Positions 45,740-54,276 of a stretch of DNA of 56,017 bases are shown in pieces. The stretch lies in assembly GCA_963928635.1 (NCBI GenBank), contig CAWVFT010000039.1, positions 1 through 56,017 on the forward strand. The letters run 5' to 3'. The notes under the pieces were generated by a model. That model made no database searches and had not been told where the DNA came from. It was given only the letters and a program-made list of their open reading frames with translations. Made by a program: the position numbers and the translations under genes. This DNA comes from Bacillota bacterium (GTDB lineage: Bacteria > Bacillota > Clostridia > TANB77 > CAG-508). Numbering within the stretch: position 1 is the stretch's first letter; each line of letters starts with the position of its first letter.

Positions 45740-45810
45740 GGACGTATCAAATTGAACTTTTTTAGGTCTGTCCCTTTTGACCAAAAAATGTTCAGTTTGA
45801 TACGTCCCCA
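45740..45810. repeat. 71-nt palindromic element filling the CapA/CorA convergent gap
   Basis: ggacgtatcaaattgaac (45740-45757) with gttcagtttgatacgtcc (45790-45807), 1 mismatch. The inner sequence is aggtctgtccc. The element lies flush between the two stop codons. Confidence 0.9.
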
Positions 45811-45811
45811 A

Positions 45812-46762
45812 TTAATTAAACATATCTCTTTTTTTAAGCCACCATGTTACTACTAATGTTATTACTATTGCGAGCAATATCATTATTAAAAATCCAAATT
45901 TGTTGTATTGGAATGGTACTGGTACGTTCATTCCCCAAAAGCTTGATATCATTGTTGGTACTGCTAATACTATTGTTATTGACGTTAGCGTTTTCATTAC
46001 TCCGTTTAAGTTATTTGATATTATTGATGCATATGCATCCATTGTTCCATTTAAAATATCACTATATATTTTTGCCATTTCTATTGCCTGTCTATTTTCG
46101 ATAATTGCATCTTCTAGTATGTCTTCATCATCTTCATATAATTTAATTATTTTTCCTTTCATTGTTTTTTCCATGACTAGCTCATTTGATTTTAATGATG
46201 TTGTAAAATATACCAAACTCTTCTCTAAGCTTAGTAATTTTAATAATTCTTTATTCCTCATTGAGTTTTTTAATATGTACTCTGCTATTTCTGTTTCTTT
46301 ATTTATTTGTTTTAGATGTGTTAAATAATATGAGGAGTTTAAATATAGTATTTGGAATATGAACCTTGATTTTTTATATGTTTGAAAATTTTTTATTTTT
46401 CTTTTTTCGAAGTCTTCTATTATTTTATTTCTTCTTAATGATACTGTTATGAAAAAGTCATCTCTTACTACTATCATTCCTAGTGGCATTGTTGTATATA
46501 TTTGGTTTTCTTCATTCTTTTCTATTATTGGTACATCTACTACAAATAGAATTGTGTTATCATCTTCTTCTGTATCGATTCTTGCTTTTTCTTCAAAGTC
46601 TAAGGCATCTCTTATGAAGTCTTCTTGTATGTTTATACTTTCACATACTTTTTTTATTTCTATTTCCGATGGGTTTGTTAAACTTATCCAACTTCCTTTT
46701 TTAAATTCTTTAATTTCTTCAAAATTATTTGTTTCAATATCTGTATTGTATATTTTTAACAT
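45812..46762 (-). CDS. corA: CorA family magnesium transporter
   Basis: GMNVP (GMN) motif plus two C-terminal TM segments. I prefer ATG 46762 (AAAGGTGG SD, 8-nt spacer) over the track's GTG 46774. Confidence 0.9.
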   Translation of the reverse strand: MLKIYNTDIETNNFEEIKEFKKGSWISLTNPSEIEIKKVCESINIQEDFIRDALDFEEKARIDTEEDDNTILFVVDVPIIEKNEENQIYTTMPLGMIVVRDDFFITVSLRRNKIIEDFEKRKIKNFQTYKKSRFIFQILYLNSSYYLTHLKQINKETEIAEYILKNSMRNKELLKLLSLEKSLVYFTTSLKSNELVMEKTMKGKIIKLYEDDEDILEDAIIENRQAIEMAKIYSDILNGTMDAYASIISNNLNGVMKTLTSITIVLAVPTMISSFWGMNVPVPFQYNKFGFLIMILLAIVITLVVTWWLKKRDMFN

Positions 46763-46856
46763 TTTATCACCCACCTTTTAAATTTACCATATTTTAATTT
46801 TAACCTTTTAGTTCTTTAATGTCAATACTTTTTATGTAAATTTCATTTTGGAGGTA

Positions 46857-46885
46857 TTGACAATAATATATTAAAATAGTATAAT
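46857..46885 (+). promoter_or_regulatory. Perfect consensus sigma-A promoter for tRNA-Lys(CTT)
   Basis: TTGACA (46857-46862)-17 nt-TATAAT (46880-46885). Confidence 0.7.
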
Positions 46886-46898
46886 ACATTTTGTTAAT

Positions 46899-46974
46899 GG
46901 GCCATTAGCTCAGTTGGTAGAGCAGCAGACTCTTAATCTGACGGTCGGAGGTTCGAACCCTCTATGGCTCACCA
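46899..46974 (+). tRNA. tRNA-Lys (anticodon CTT)
   Basis: GGGCCATTAGCTCAGTTGGTAGAGCAGCAGACTCTTAATCTGACGGTCGGAGGTTCGAACCCTCTATGGCTCACCA. The anticodon loop is CTCTTAA. Confidence 0.9.
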
Positions 46975-46975
46975 T

Positions 46976-47009
46976 AAAAGTCTTATACGAATACTGTATA
47001 AGACTTTTT
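46976..47009. terminator. Bidirectional intrinsic terminator (tRNA-Lys and HepT)
   Basis: Stem agtcttatac (46979-46988) with gtataagact (46996-47005), flanked by an A-run and a T-run. Confidence 0.75.
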
Positions 47010-47010
47010 A

Positions 47011-47370
47011 TTAATTATTATTTTTTTCTTTATCCAAAATTTTTTGTATATTTTCTTTTAATTCTATAAGATCATTTTCTATGACATACCATATACTTTT
47101 TAAACTTATTCCTTCATAATCGTGTACTATTCTATTTCTTAAACCTTTTATCATATTCCACTCTATATTATCATATTTATCCATAGTCTCTTTTGAAATA
47201 TTTTTTACTAATTCTCCTATTTGACTTATTGCAAATATTGTAGCATCTACTGTTTTTTCGTCATCACAAAATTGTTTAAAATCATAGCCTTTTACATATT
47301 TGATTGCTTTATCTATATATTCTATCATTTTTGCGAAAGATACATATTCTTTATTTTTCATATACAACAA
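47011..47370 (-). CDS. hepT: HepT-like (DUF86, HEPN) ribonuclease toxin
   Basis: RNRIVHDY fits the HEPN Rx4HxY motif, in a 119-aa protein. Confidence 0.85.
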   Translation of the reverse strand: MLYMKNKEYVSFAKMIEYIDKAIKYVKGYDFKQFCDDEKTVDATIFAISQIGELVKNISKETMDKYDNIEWNMIKGLRNRIVHDYEGISLKSIWYVIENDLIELKENIQKILDKEKNNN

Positions 47371-47659
47371 CTCCTGTCTTTTTTATTTCTTCATCTATTT
47401 TTGAATTTTCTATGATTTCTGACTTTTCAAAAGCATCAATATTTTTATTGAATTCCTCTTCTATTTTAGTAATCAAGCTATACAATTTAAAACCCATTAA
47501 TTGTTCTTTTGTATCTATTACTAAGTCTAAATCACTATTTGCTGTTGCTAAATTTTTTGCATATGAACCAAATAATATAACACTATATACAGGCATATTT
47601 TCTAATATTTTTTTTAAAATCTGTTTTATTTCATTTATTGTATATATTTTTTTAGTCAT
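47351..47659 (-). CDS. mntA: MntA-like minimal nucleotidyltransferase antitoxin
   Basis: ILFGSYAKNLATANSDLDLVID fits the GSx10-SDxD nucleotidyltransferase motif. It overlaps hepT by 20 nt. Confidence 0.85.
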   Translation of the reverse strand: MTKKIYTINEIKQILKKILENMPVYSVILFGSYAKNLATANSDLDLVIDTKEQLMGFKLYSLITKIEEEFNKNIDAFEKSEIIENSKIDEEIKKTGVVVYEK

Positions 47660-47982
47660 ATCTATCCTCTCCTTGTTTATTATCTCTTTTTTGACTATTT
47701 CTATTATAGCAAATAATTTGTTTTTTTACAACAAATTAAATTATATAATTTCTATATGTTTTTGTGTCTTATAATATTTAAATTGAATATTATTAAATGA
47801 TGCTATTTTAGTTTTTATAGCAAAACCGCATATAAAGAAAAATAGTTTGTTTTATCAAGTTTTGGTTATCTTAATTTTAATTTATTTTATCTATTTCTTT
47901 TTTTCTTTTTTTGTAATATAATGTTATCATAAAAAATATAATTATATTTTTTATGAATTATACTCTTTTGGAGAGTGATATT

Positions 47983-48870
47983 ATGAAAAAAATTTTATTT
48001 AAGGGCTGTGGAACAGCCATCGCTACACCTTTTACTAAAGATGGTGTAAATTTGAAAGAATTTGAAAAATTAGTTGAATTTCAAATTCAGAATAGAGCAG
48101 ACGCCATAATTGTATGTGGTACTACTGGAGAATCTTCAACTATGACTGAAGATGAAAAAAAGGCTTTAATAACTTCTGCAATTAAAACTGCCAATAAACG
48201 AGTTCCTATTATAGTAGGTACTGGTTCAAACAATACTAAACAGGCAATTAAGAATTCTATTATGGCAGAAGAGCTTGGTGCAGACGGATTATTGGTTGTT
48301 ACTCCATATTATAACAAATGTACTCAGGCTGGACTAATTGAACATTATAAAGCTATTGCAAATTCTGTTTCTTTGCCTATTATTTTATATAGTGTTAAAA
48401 GCAGAACTGGTGTAAATATCGAACCTGAAACTTGTTTAGAATTGTCTAAAATAGAAAATATTGTAGCTATAAAAGAAGCTAGTGGTGATATTTCTCAAAT
48501 TGCCGAAATTGCCAGATTATGTGGAGATAATTTGAATATTTATTCTGGCAATGATGACCAAACAGTTCCTATTTTATCTTTAGGCGGTATAGGTGTTATT
48601 TCTGTTCTTGCTAATATTAAACCTACACTTGTACATGATATGGTTTTTGATTATTTAAATCATATTCCTGAGGTAGCAACAGATTTACAATTAAAAGCTT
48701 TGCCTTTAATTAAGGCATTATTTTGCGAAACAAATCCTATACCTGTAAAGGCTGCTTTAAATATGATAGGTTATGATTTCGGTATTCCTAGATTACCTCT
48801 TACAGAAATGTCAGATAAAAATAAGGCAATTTTGAAAGATTTATTATCAAATACATGTACAGAATATTAA
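47983..48870 (+). CDS. dapA: 4-hydroxy-tetrahydrodipicolinate synthase
   Basis: GTAIATPF..., VCGTTGES and a DHDPS family layout. ATG 47983 follows a GGAGAG SD. Confidence 0.9.
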   Translation: MKKILFKGCGTAIATPFTKDGVNLKEFEKLVEFQIQNRADAIIVCGTTGESSTMTEDEKKALITSAIKTANKRVPIIVGTGSNNTKQAIKNSIMAEELGADGLLVVTPYYNKCTQAGLIEHYKAIANSVSLPIILYSVKSRTGVNIEPETCLELSKIENIVAIKEASGDISQIAEIARLCGDNLNIYSGNDDQTVPILSLGGIGVISVLANIKPTLVHDMVFDYLNHIPEVATDLQLKALPLIKALFCETNPIPVKAALNMIGYDFGIPRLPLTEMSDKNKAILKDLLSNTCTEY

Positions 48871-48904
48871 ATTTATGTTTTAAAAAGAAAGGAATGAAAT
48901 TTTT

Positions 48905-49657
48905 ATGTTAAAAATATTATTAAGCGGTTGCAATGGTAAAATGGGGCACGTAATCGTTGATTTAGTTAGTAAGTCTGACAATTTTACTATTTGTTGTGGT
49001 TTTGACAAAGATATTTCTAATAATCTTGGCTTTCCTGTTTTTTCTGATGTAAAAGCTATAGATATAAAGCCTGATATAATTATAGATTTTAGCATTCCAA
49101 TTGCTAGTTTAAACATATTAGATTTTGCAGTAAAGAATAACATACCTATTGTTATTGCTACTACTGGTTTTTCAAAAGAGCAAGAAGATATTATTGTAAA
49201 TGCATCTAAACAGATTCCTGTTTTTAAGTCTGCAAATATGTCTTTTGATATTTGTATCATGAAAAAACTTGTTTCTTGGCTTGCTCCTATGCTTAAAAAT
49301 ACAGATATTGAAATCACAGAAACTCATCATAATAGAAAAATTGATAGCCCTAGTGGTACTGCTCAAATGCTTGCGGATTCTATTAATTCTGCTCTTGGTA
49401 ATACTCATTATTGTAATTATGATAGGCATAGTAAACATGAGAAAAGAGATAAGAATGAAATTGGTATGAATTCTATTAGAGGAGGAAATATTGTTGGTGA
49501 GCATACCGTTCAGTTTTTTGGAGAGTTTGAAACTTTTGAGATTAAACATACTTCTTATTCAAGAAATGTTTTCGCAGAAGGTGCTTTAAAAGCTGCAGAA
49601 TTTTTAGTAGATAAACCCGTTGGTTTTTATGATATGGATGATATCGTTAAAATTTAA
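48905..49657 (+). CDS. dapB: 4-hydroxy-tetrahydrodipicolinate reductase
   Basis: The ETHHNRKIDSPSGTA signature, and the gene lies directly downstream of dapA. Confidence 0.9.
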   Translation: MLKILLSGCNGKMGHVIVDLVSKSDNFTICCGFDKDISNNLGFPVFSDVKAIDIKPDIIIDFSIPIASLNILDFAVKNNIPIVIATTGFSKEQEDIIVNASKQIPVFKSANMSFDICIMKKLVSWLAPMLKNTDIEITETHHNRKIDSPSGTAQMLADSINSALGNTHYCNYDRHSKHEKRDKNEIGMNSIRGGNIVGEHTVQFFGEFETFEIKHTSYSRNVFAEGALKAAEFLVDKPVGFYDMDDIVKI

Positions 49658-49775
49658 TTTTTCAACTGTAAAATATTAAAATATAAAGATTTTGAGATTA
49701 AAAAAGAACTCTTATTTGTTAACTTTGAAGTTAATAATAAGAGCTCTTTTTGACAAATATCTTAAGCTTTTGTTT

Positions 49776-51662
49776 TTATTGTTTTTCATTATTTGCATTT
49801 GCTGTATTTGTACTTGTTTGGCTTGTTGCTGAATTTTGCGTAGTTGTTGCTTTGTTTTCACTTGTTGTATTTTGTGTTAAATTATTTGCTGGAGTAGTAG
49901 TTTGTGTTGCTGTATTTTTATTTGTATTATTTGTTTTACTTCCTTTTGTACCTCTTACAATTATTCTTTGCATTGCATTATATGTATCTCTTGAAATAAC
50001 CTCTCTTGAAACTACTTTTCCATTTAATCTTTTTACTAAATAAGTTTCTGTTTTTTGACCGTTTGAACCTTTTTGTTTTACTTGTTCTTTTCCTGATGCT
50101 AAATTTGGATCTTCTACATATTTAGTTGTATATGGAATTGTTGAGACTTTTTTTACTTCTAGGGAAACATCATATTCTACATCCTCTTTTATTCCATATA
50201 TTGAAATTGTAGCAATTCCATTTTGTGCTGTAGCTATTATTTTTATTGGATATTTTCTCGTGTTTTTAAATCTAAAGTCTGTTGTTCCGTATACTACAGT
50301 TGCATCTTTTCCTGCTTCAACGTATGATGTAACAAATTGGTGATTTCTTCTTTCTACTATATCTAAGTTAGCATCTATTACTGCATTGTATAATGTAGAT
50401 GAAATCTGACATATTCCTCCACCTAATCCATCTACAACTTGACCGTTTGAATATATTTTTGCATTTTTATATCCTGCTTCAATTGTTCTTGCTCCTAGTG
50501 TTTTATTATATGAAAAAGTTTCTCCTGCTAATACGACTTTATTGTTTAACTTTTGGCAAGCAATTCTAAGGTTTGTTGTTCTATCTGTATCTCTTACATC
50601 ATATCTTGTTGTAAATGTGCCTAACTTATCTGGAAATGCTTCTGTTCCTATATCATTAGTTGTAACGGTTGGTTTTGTTATTGTTAATGTTATTACATAT
50701 TCTTCTTTATCTTCTGATGCTAATAGAGCTTTGGCTTCTTCAACATTAAAGTCTACGCCTTCTACTTCTGGGTATATTGTAAATGGATTTTTTGTATAAT
50801 ATGCGTTTTGCATTTCTTTATATATCTCACTATGTATTTTGTCTATATCTATTGGTGCTGGGTCAGCATTTTTTACTGGTATATCTATATATTCGTCATT
50901 TACTTCTATACTAATTAGTCTATCTTTTACTTTACTTAATAAATTTTCTGTATCTATTTTTACTCCAGACTTTCCTTTTGTTATTACTAAATTTTCACCT
51001 TCAACATAATAACTTGATTCTACCATTACTCCTGGTATATTAGCACCTATGTCTTCAATTGTTTTTTTAGCTGTTTCTTCATTTAAATTCATATTTATAT
51101 TTATATTCTTTTTGTTAAATAATGCTAATATTATATTAAAATTATTTACGAATATATTTCCATCTCTTCCAACTTTATATGCTTCATTTACACTACTGTC
51201 TATATCATAATTTGCTTCTATTAATGTTGGATTTATACTTGATTCGAATTCTTGATATTTTATTGGAATTTCTTTTTGCTTCTTTTCGTTATATATTACT
51301 TCTAATTTTCCTTTTGCTTCTTCTTGGGTTAAGCCTGATACATCAATCCCCTGTATTTTTACTCCACTTACGATTTTTGTATTGTTTATATTTATCAGAG
51401 CAAAAATTGTTGATAGAATTAATCCTATAATAATTATTGCTCCAATAATTATTAATGATATTATAATTTTTTTCTTTTTGCTTGATTTTCTCTTTGTTTT
51501 ATTTTCCATGTTTTCTTCTATTTCTTGAATGTCTTTTTGCTCTTTTTTAGTTTTTACTTTTAATTGTTCAAATTTTTCATCTTTGTTTGTTTTTTTTGTT
51601 TCTTTAGAATCACTTTCTTTTACTGCTACATTTTGCTCTTCTTTTTTATTAATTTCTTCCAT
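49776..51662 (-). CDS. VanW family protein with a G5 domain and a T/N-rich C-terminal tail
   Basis: TM anchor, the VanW core (GGGICQISSTLYNAV), a G5-like segment (KGSNGQKTETYLVKRLNGKVVSREVISRD...IVRGTK) and a low-complexity tail. Confidence 0.8.
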   Translation of the reverse strand: MEEINKKEEQNVAVKESDSKETKKTNKDEKFEQLKVKTKKEQKDIQEIEENMENKTKRKSSKKKKIIISLIIIGAIIIIGLILSTIFALININNTKIVSGVKIQGIDVSGLTQEEAKGKLEVIYNEKKQKEIPIKYQEFESSINPTLIEANYDIDSSVNEAYKVGRDGNIFVNNFNIILALFNKKNININMNLNEETAKKTIEDIGANIPGVMVESSYYVEGENLVITKGKSGVKIDTENLLSKVKDRLISIEVNDEYIDIPVKNADPAPIDIDKIHSEIYKEMQNAYYTKNPFTIYPEVEGVDFNVEEAKALLASEDKEEYVITLTITKPTVTTNDIGTEAFPDKLGTFTTRYDVRDTDRTTNLRIACQKLNNKVVLAGETFSYNKTLGARTIEAGYKNAKIYSNGQVVDGLGGGICQISSTLYNAVIDANLDIVERRNHQFVTSYVEAGKDATVVYGTTDFRFKNTRKYPIKIIATAQNGIATISIYGIKEDVEYDVSLEVKKVSTIPYTTKYVEDPNLASGKEQVKQKGSNGQKTETYLVKRLNGKVVSREVISRDTYNAMQRIIVRGTKGSKTNNTNKNTATQTTTPANNLTQNTTSENKATTTQNSATSQTSTNTANANNEKQ

Positions 51663-51880
51663 TTTTTCTCCCTCGTTCTATGTATTCTTTTTACTTCTAT
51701 AAAATTTATTCTTCTTTTAATATAGTATCATAGTTTTATTCTTTTTACAATATTTTTATTTTTTATTTTCTTTAATAATTCTATTCCTTTTTTTGCCTTT
51801 TATTACAATGTTTTTTGAATCTTATTTTGTTGCTTTTCAACAAAAATTTACAAAATTTTTTATTTTTTTTATAAAAATAC

Positions 51881-51909
51881 TTGAACATTGTCTTATTTAA
51901 TATTATAAT
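51881..51909 (+). promoter_or_regulatory. Sigma-A promoter
   Basis: TTGAAC-17 nt-TATAAT upstream of the 51946 CDS. Confidence 0.55.
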
Positions 51910-51945
51910 GTTTAAAGCAAAAGATAAAAGTAAGGAGAATTGACA

Positions 51946-52419
51946 ATGGAATTAACAAAAAATATATTTTTTAACACAGATAAATTAATTGAAAATAGCA
52001 ATGTAAAACTTTCTTACACAGGTAAGTTTTTTCAAGATGGTTCTTCAGAAGAAGTTTTTGTGCACTATGGATTTGGTAATAATTGGGATAATTTAAATGA
52101 TATTAAAATGGAAAAAACCGAGCTAGGTTTTCAAGCAGAATTGACTTTAGGAGAAGGAGAAACTTTTAATTTTTGTTTTAGAAATAATAATAATGAATGG
52201 GATAATAACGATGGTAAAAATTATATTTTCCCTTTAGAAAAGATGCAAACTGAATTAATTGTTTTAGATGATGAGCCTCTTTCTTTAGGCAATGCAAAAA
52301 AGCTAAGAAAGTCTTATTTATGGAGCAAAAAAATTCGTTTAGCAGTTTATAAAATTATAACATACTTACCAAAATTAATTTCTGGTAATTATAAGAAAAA
52401 AGCAAAAAACGTTGAATAA
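51946..52419 (+). CDS. Small protein with a carbohydrate-binding-module-like (starch-binding CBM25/53-type) signature
   Basis: YGFGNNWDN...FCFRNNNNEWDNNDGKNYIF resembles the W...WDNNxGxNY pattern of starch-binding modules. ATG 51946 follows an AAGGAG SD. Confidence 0.45.
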   Translation: MELTKNIFFNTDKLIENSNVKLSYTGKFFQDGSSEEVFVHYGFGNNWDNLNDIKMEKTELGFQAELTLGEGETFNFCFRNNNNEWDNNDGKNYIFPLEKMQTELIVLDDEPLSLGNAKKLRKSYLWSKKIRLAVYKIITYLPKLISGNYKKKAKNVE

Positions 52420-52428
52420 TAAATTAAT

Positions 52429-52465
52429 ACAACCTGTAATACCTAGTATTACAGGTTGTTTTGTG
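52429..52465. terminator. Bidirectional intrinsic terminator
   Basis: A perfect 13-bp stem acaacctgtaata/tattacaggttgt with a 5-nt loop and a T-rich tail. Confidence 0.8.
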
Positions 52466-52472
52466 TTTGTAT

Positions 52473-53204
52473 TTAAGTTATAACCCATCCGCCATTTATT
52501 GAAATTACTTGTCCTGTTGTAAAATTATCATTTATCAACCAATTTACACATTTGGAAATATCTTCTGGTTTGCCTATTCTTTCTAGTGGTATTTCCTCTT
52601 TTATCTTTTTTATATCATTTTCTGATAATTCTTTATTCATATCTGTATCAATGATTCCTGGTGCTATGGAATTTACTCTAATGTTTGATGGTCCTACTTC
52701 TTTTGCTAAAGCTTTTGTTAATCCATCCATTCCTGCTTTTGTAATCGAATATACTATCTCTTGAGTTGCTCCTACTATTCCCCAAACTGATGATATGTTT
52801 ATTATACAACCACTTTTATTATGTATCATATTTGGCAATACTTCTTGACACATACAAAATGCTGAATATAGATTTGTATTTATCATTTCTTCCCACTCAT
52901 TTTTTGTTACTTCTGTTATTAATTCATATTTGTCGATTCCTGCATTATTTATTAAAATATCTACTTTATTGTACTTTTCTAATGTGAATTGTACTATTTT
53001 CTTGCATTCTTCTTTTTCAGAAACATCTGCTTTGATAATGTCAATATGAATGTTATTTTGTTCTAATTCTTCTTTTAATATTCTTGCTTCTTTTTCTGAT
53101 TTGTTATAGTTTGCTATAACTTGTATACCAGAAAGAGCTAATTGCTTTGCTATCTCTCTTCCAATTCCTTTTGATGCTCCTGTTACTATTGCTACTTTAT
53201 TCAT
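52473..53204 (-). CDS. SDR family oxidoreductase (3-oxoacyl-ACP reductase FabG-like)
   Basis: TGASKGIGREIA, NNAG and YSITKAG (YxxxK). I prefer ATG 53204 (AAAGGTGA SD) over the track's GTG 53213. Confidence 0.8.
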   Translation of the reverse strand: MNKVAIVTGASKGIGREIAKQLALSGIQVIANYNKSEKEARILKEELEQNNIHIDIIKADVSEKEECKKIVQFTLEKYNKVDILINNAGIDKYELITEVTKNEWEEMINTNLYSAFCMCQEVLPNMIHNKSGCIINISSVWGIVGATQEIVYSITKAGMDGLTKALAKEVGPSNIRVNSIAPGIIDTDMNKELSENDIKKIKEEIPLERIGKPEDISKCVNWLINDNFTTGQVISINGGWVIT

Positions 53205-53306
53205 CTTTATCACCTTTTTTTATTTTAAAATATGTGTTATGTTAAAATGTTCATATATTAAAAAAAAAGCCAATAATCAAGCCAAGTTGCAAGACTAATG
53301 ACCTTT

Positions 53307-53383
53307 TGGAGCCACTTCCCAGATTCGAACTGGGGACCCTCGCATTACAAGTGCGATGCTCTGGCCAGCTGAGCTAAAGTGGC
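53307..53383 (-). tRNA. tRNA-Thr (anticodon TGT)
   Basis: The reverse complement is GCCACTTTAGCTCAGCTGGCCAGAGCATCGCACTTGTAATGCGAGGGTCCCCAGTTCGAATCTGGGAAGTGGCTCCA. Confidence 0.9.
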
Positions 53384-53389
53384 AAAATT

Positions 53390-53464
53390 TGGTGACCCCG
53401 ACGGGAATCGAACCCATGTCTCCGCCGTGAAAGGGCGATGTCTTAACCTCTTGACCACGGGGCC
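53390..53464 (-). tRNA. tRNA-Glu (anticodon TTC)
   Basis: The reverse complement is GGCCCCGTGGTCAAGAGGTTAAGACATCGCCCTTTCACGGCGGAGACATGGGTTCGATTCCCGTCGGGGTCACCA. Confidence 0.9.
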
Positions 53465-53507
53465 TTAAATACAAAGAACCAAATAATTACTCATTATTTA
53501 GTTCTTT

Positions 53508-53583
53508 TGGTGAGCTATCCGCGACTCGAACGCGGGACAACTTGATTAAAAGTCAAGTGCTCTACCACCTGAGCTAATAGCCC
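53508..53583 (-). tRNA. tRNA-Lys (anticodon TTT)
   Basis: The reverse complement is GGGCTATTAGCTCAGGTGGTAGAGCACTTGACTTTTAATCAAGTTGTCCCGCGTTCGAGTCGCGGATAGCTCACCA. Confidence 0.9.
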
Positions 53584-53772
53584 AAATTGTTTGCGATAAT
53601 CACATCGCTTTTATATCTTACAATATTTTTTTTGAAAAGTCAATACATTTTGTCGATTTTTTATTGATTTTTTTCCAAAAAAGTAATTTATCTTAGTATT
53701 TTTATTAAATGCACTTATATTTTAAGAAAAGAAGTATTTTAAAACTGTCTTTTCTTAAAATATTTTTTACTT

Positions 53773-53958
53773 CTATGCGTTTAGTTTTGCGATAACTTCA
53801 TCTACATCTATTCCATGTACATCACAAGCTTCTTCTATTGTTTCCATTTGTGATGCAGGGCATCCTACACAATGCATCCCTACTTCTAATAATATTTCTG
53901 CCTTTTCAGGTTCATTTTCTAAAATTTCTCCTATTGTTGTATCTTTATTATATTTCAT
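53773..53958 (-). CDS. DUF1858 domain protein (hybrid-cluster-protein-associated redox disulfide type)
   Basis: TIGEILENEPEKAEILLEVGMHCVGCPASQMETIEEAC, with the CxxC typical of DUF1858. Confidence 0.7.
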   Translation of the reverse strand: MKYNKDTTIGEILENEPEKAEILLEVGMHCVGCPASQMETIEEACDVHGIDVDEVIAKLNA

Positions 53959-54276
53959 AATTGACCTCCTCTTTTTATTTTTTTGCTTAATTTTTTTGAT
54001 ATTTAACTAAGCAAAAATATTTGTGTTATAAATTTTATCATATTTTTTAAAAAAAGTATAGACATTTCTTTAAAAATGTTGTATTATGTTAAACAATTCA
54101 GAATATCTCTGAATAATAAATTAAGGAAGGTGATTTTATCGAGACCTTAATTAATATTTATTTTATATTTTTTATTATACAACTTTTTATTACTTTATAT
54201 TCTATTTATACGTTTTTTGATATCAAAATTTTTCATAATCAACAAGGTTCTAAATTAAAAATAAAAAAAGATTTTT

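Noticed and set aside
46763-46856. An M-box (Mg2+) riboswitch upstream of corA
   Set aside because: Only about 90 nt are available before the divergent tRNA-Lys promoter, and the sequence shows no multi-helix structure. That is too short for an M-box.
47660-47982. A lysine (L-box) riboswitch upstream of dapA
   Set aside because: The leader is uniformly AT-rich, with no GC-containing helices or conserved L-box elements that I can recognise.
48880-49549. Minus-strand ORFs (145 and 125 aa) overlapping dapB
   Set aside because: They are antisense to dapB, which carries the diagnostic ETHHNRKIDSPSGTA motif.
49750-50043. A 97-aa plus-strand hydrophobic ORF
   Set aside because: It is antisense to the T/N-rich low-complexity tail of the VanW/G5 protein, so it is a composition artefact.
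51663-51880. A c-di-GMP (GEMM) riboswitch near the VanW/G5 gene or elsewhere, given the nearby HD-GYP regulator
   Set aside because: I could find no GC-bearing paired helices or GEMM-like conserved motifs in this or other long leaders by eye. Only an Infernal scan could exclude one formally.
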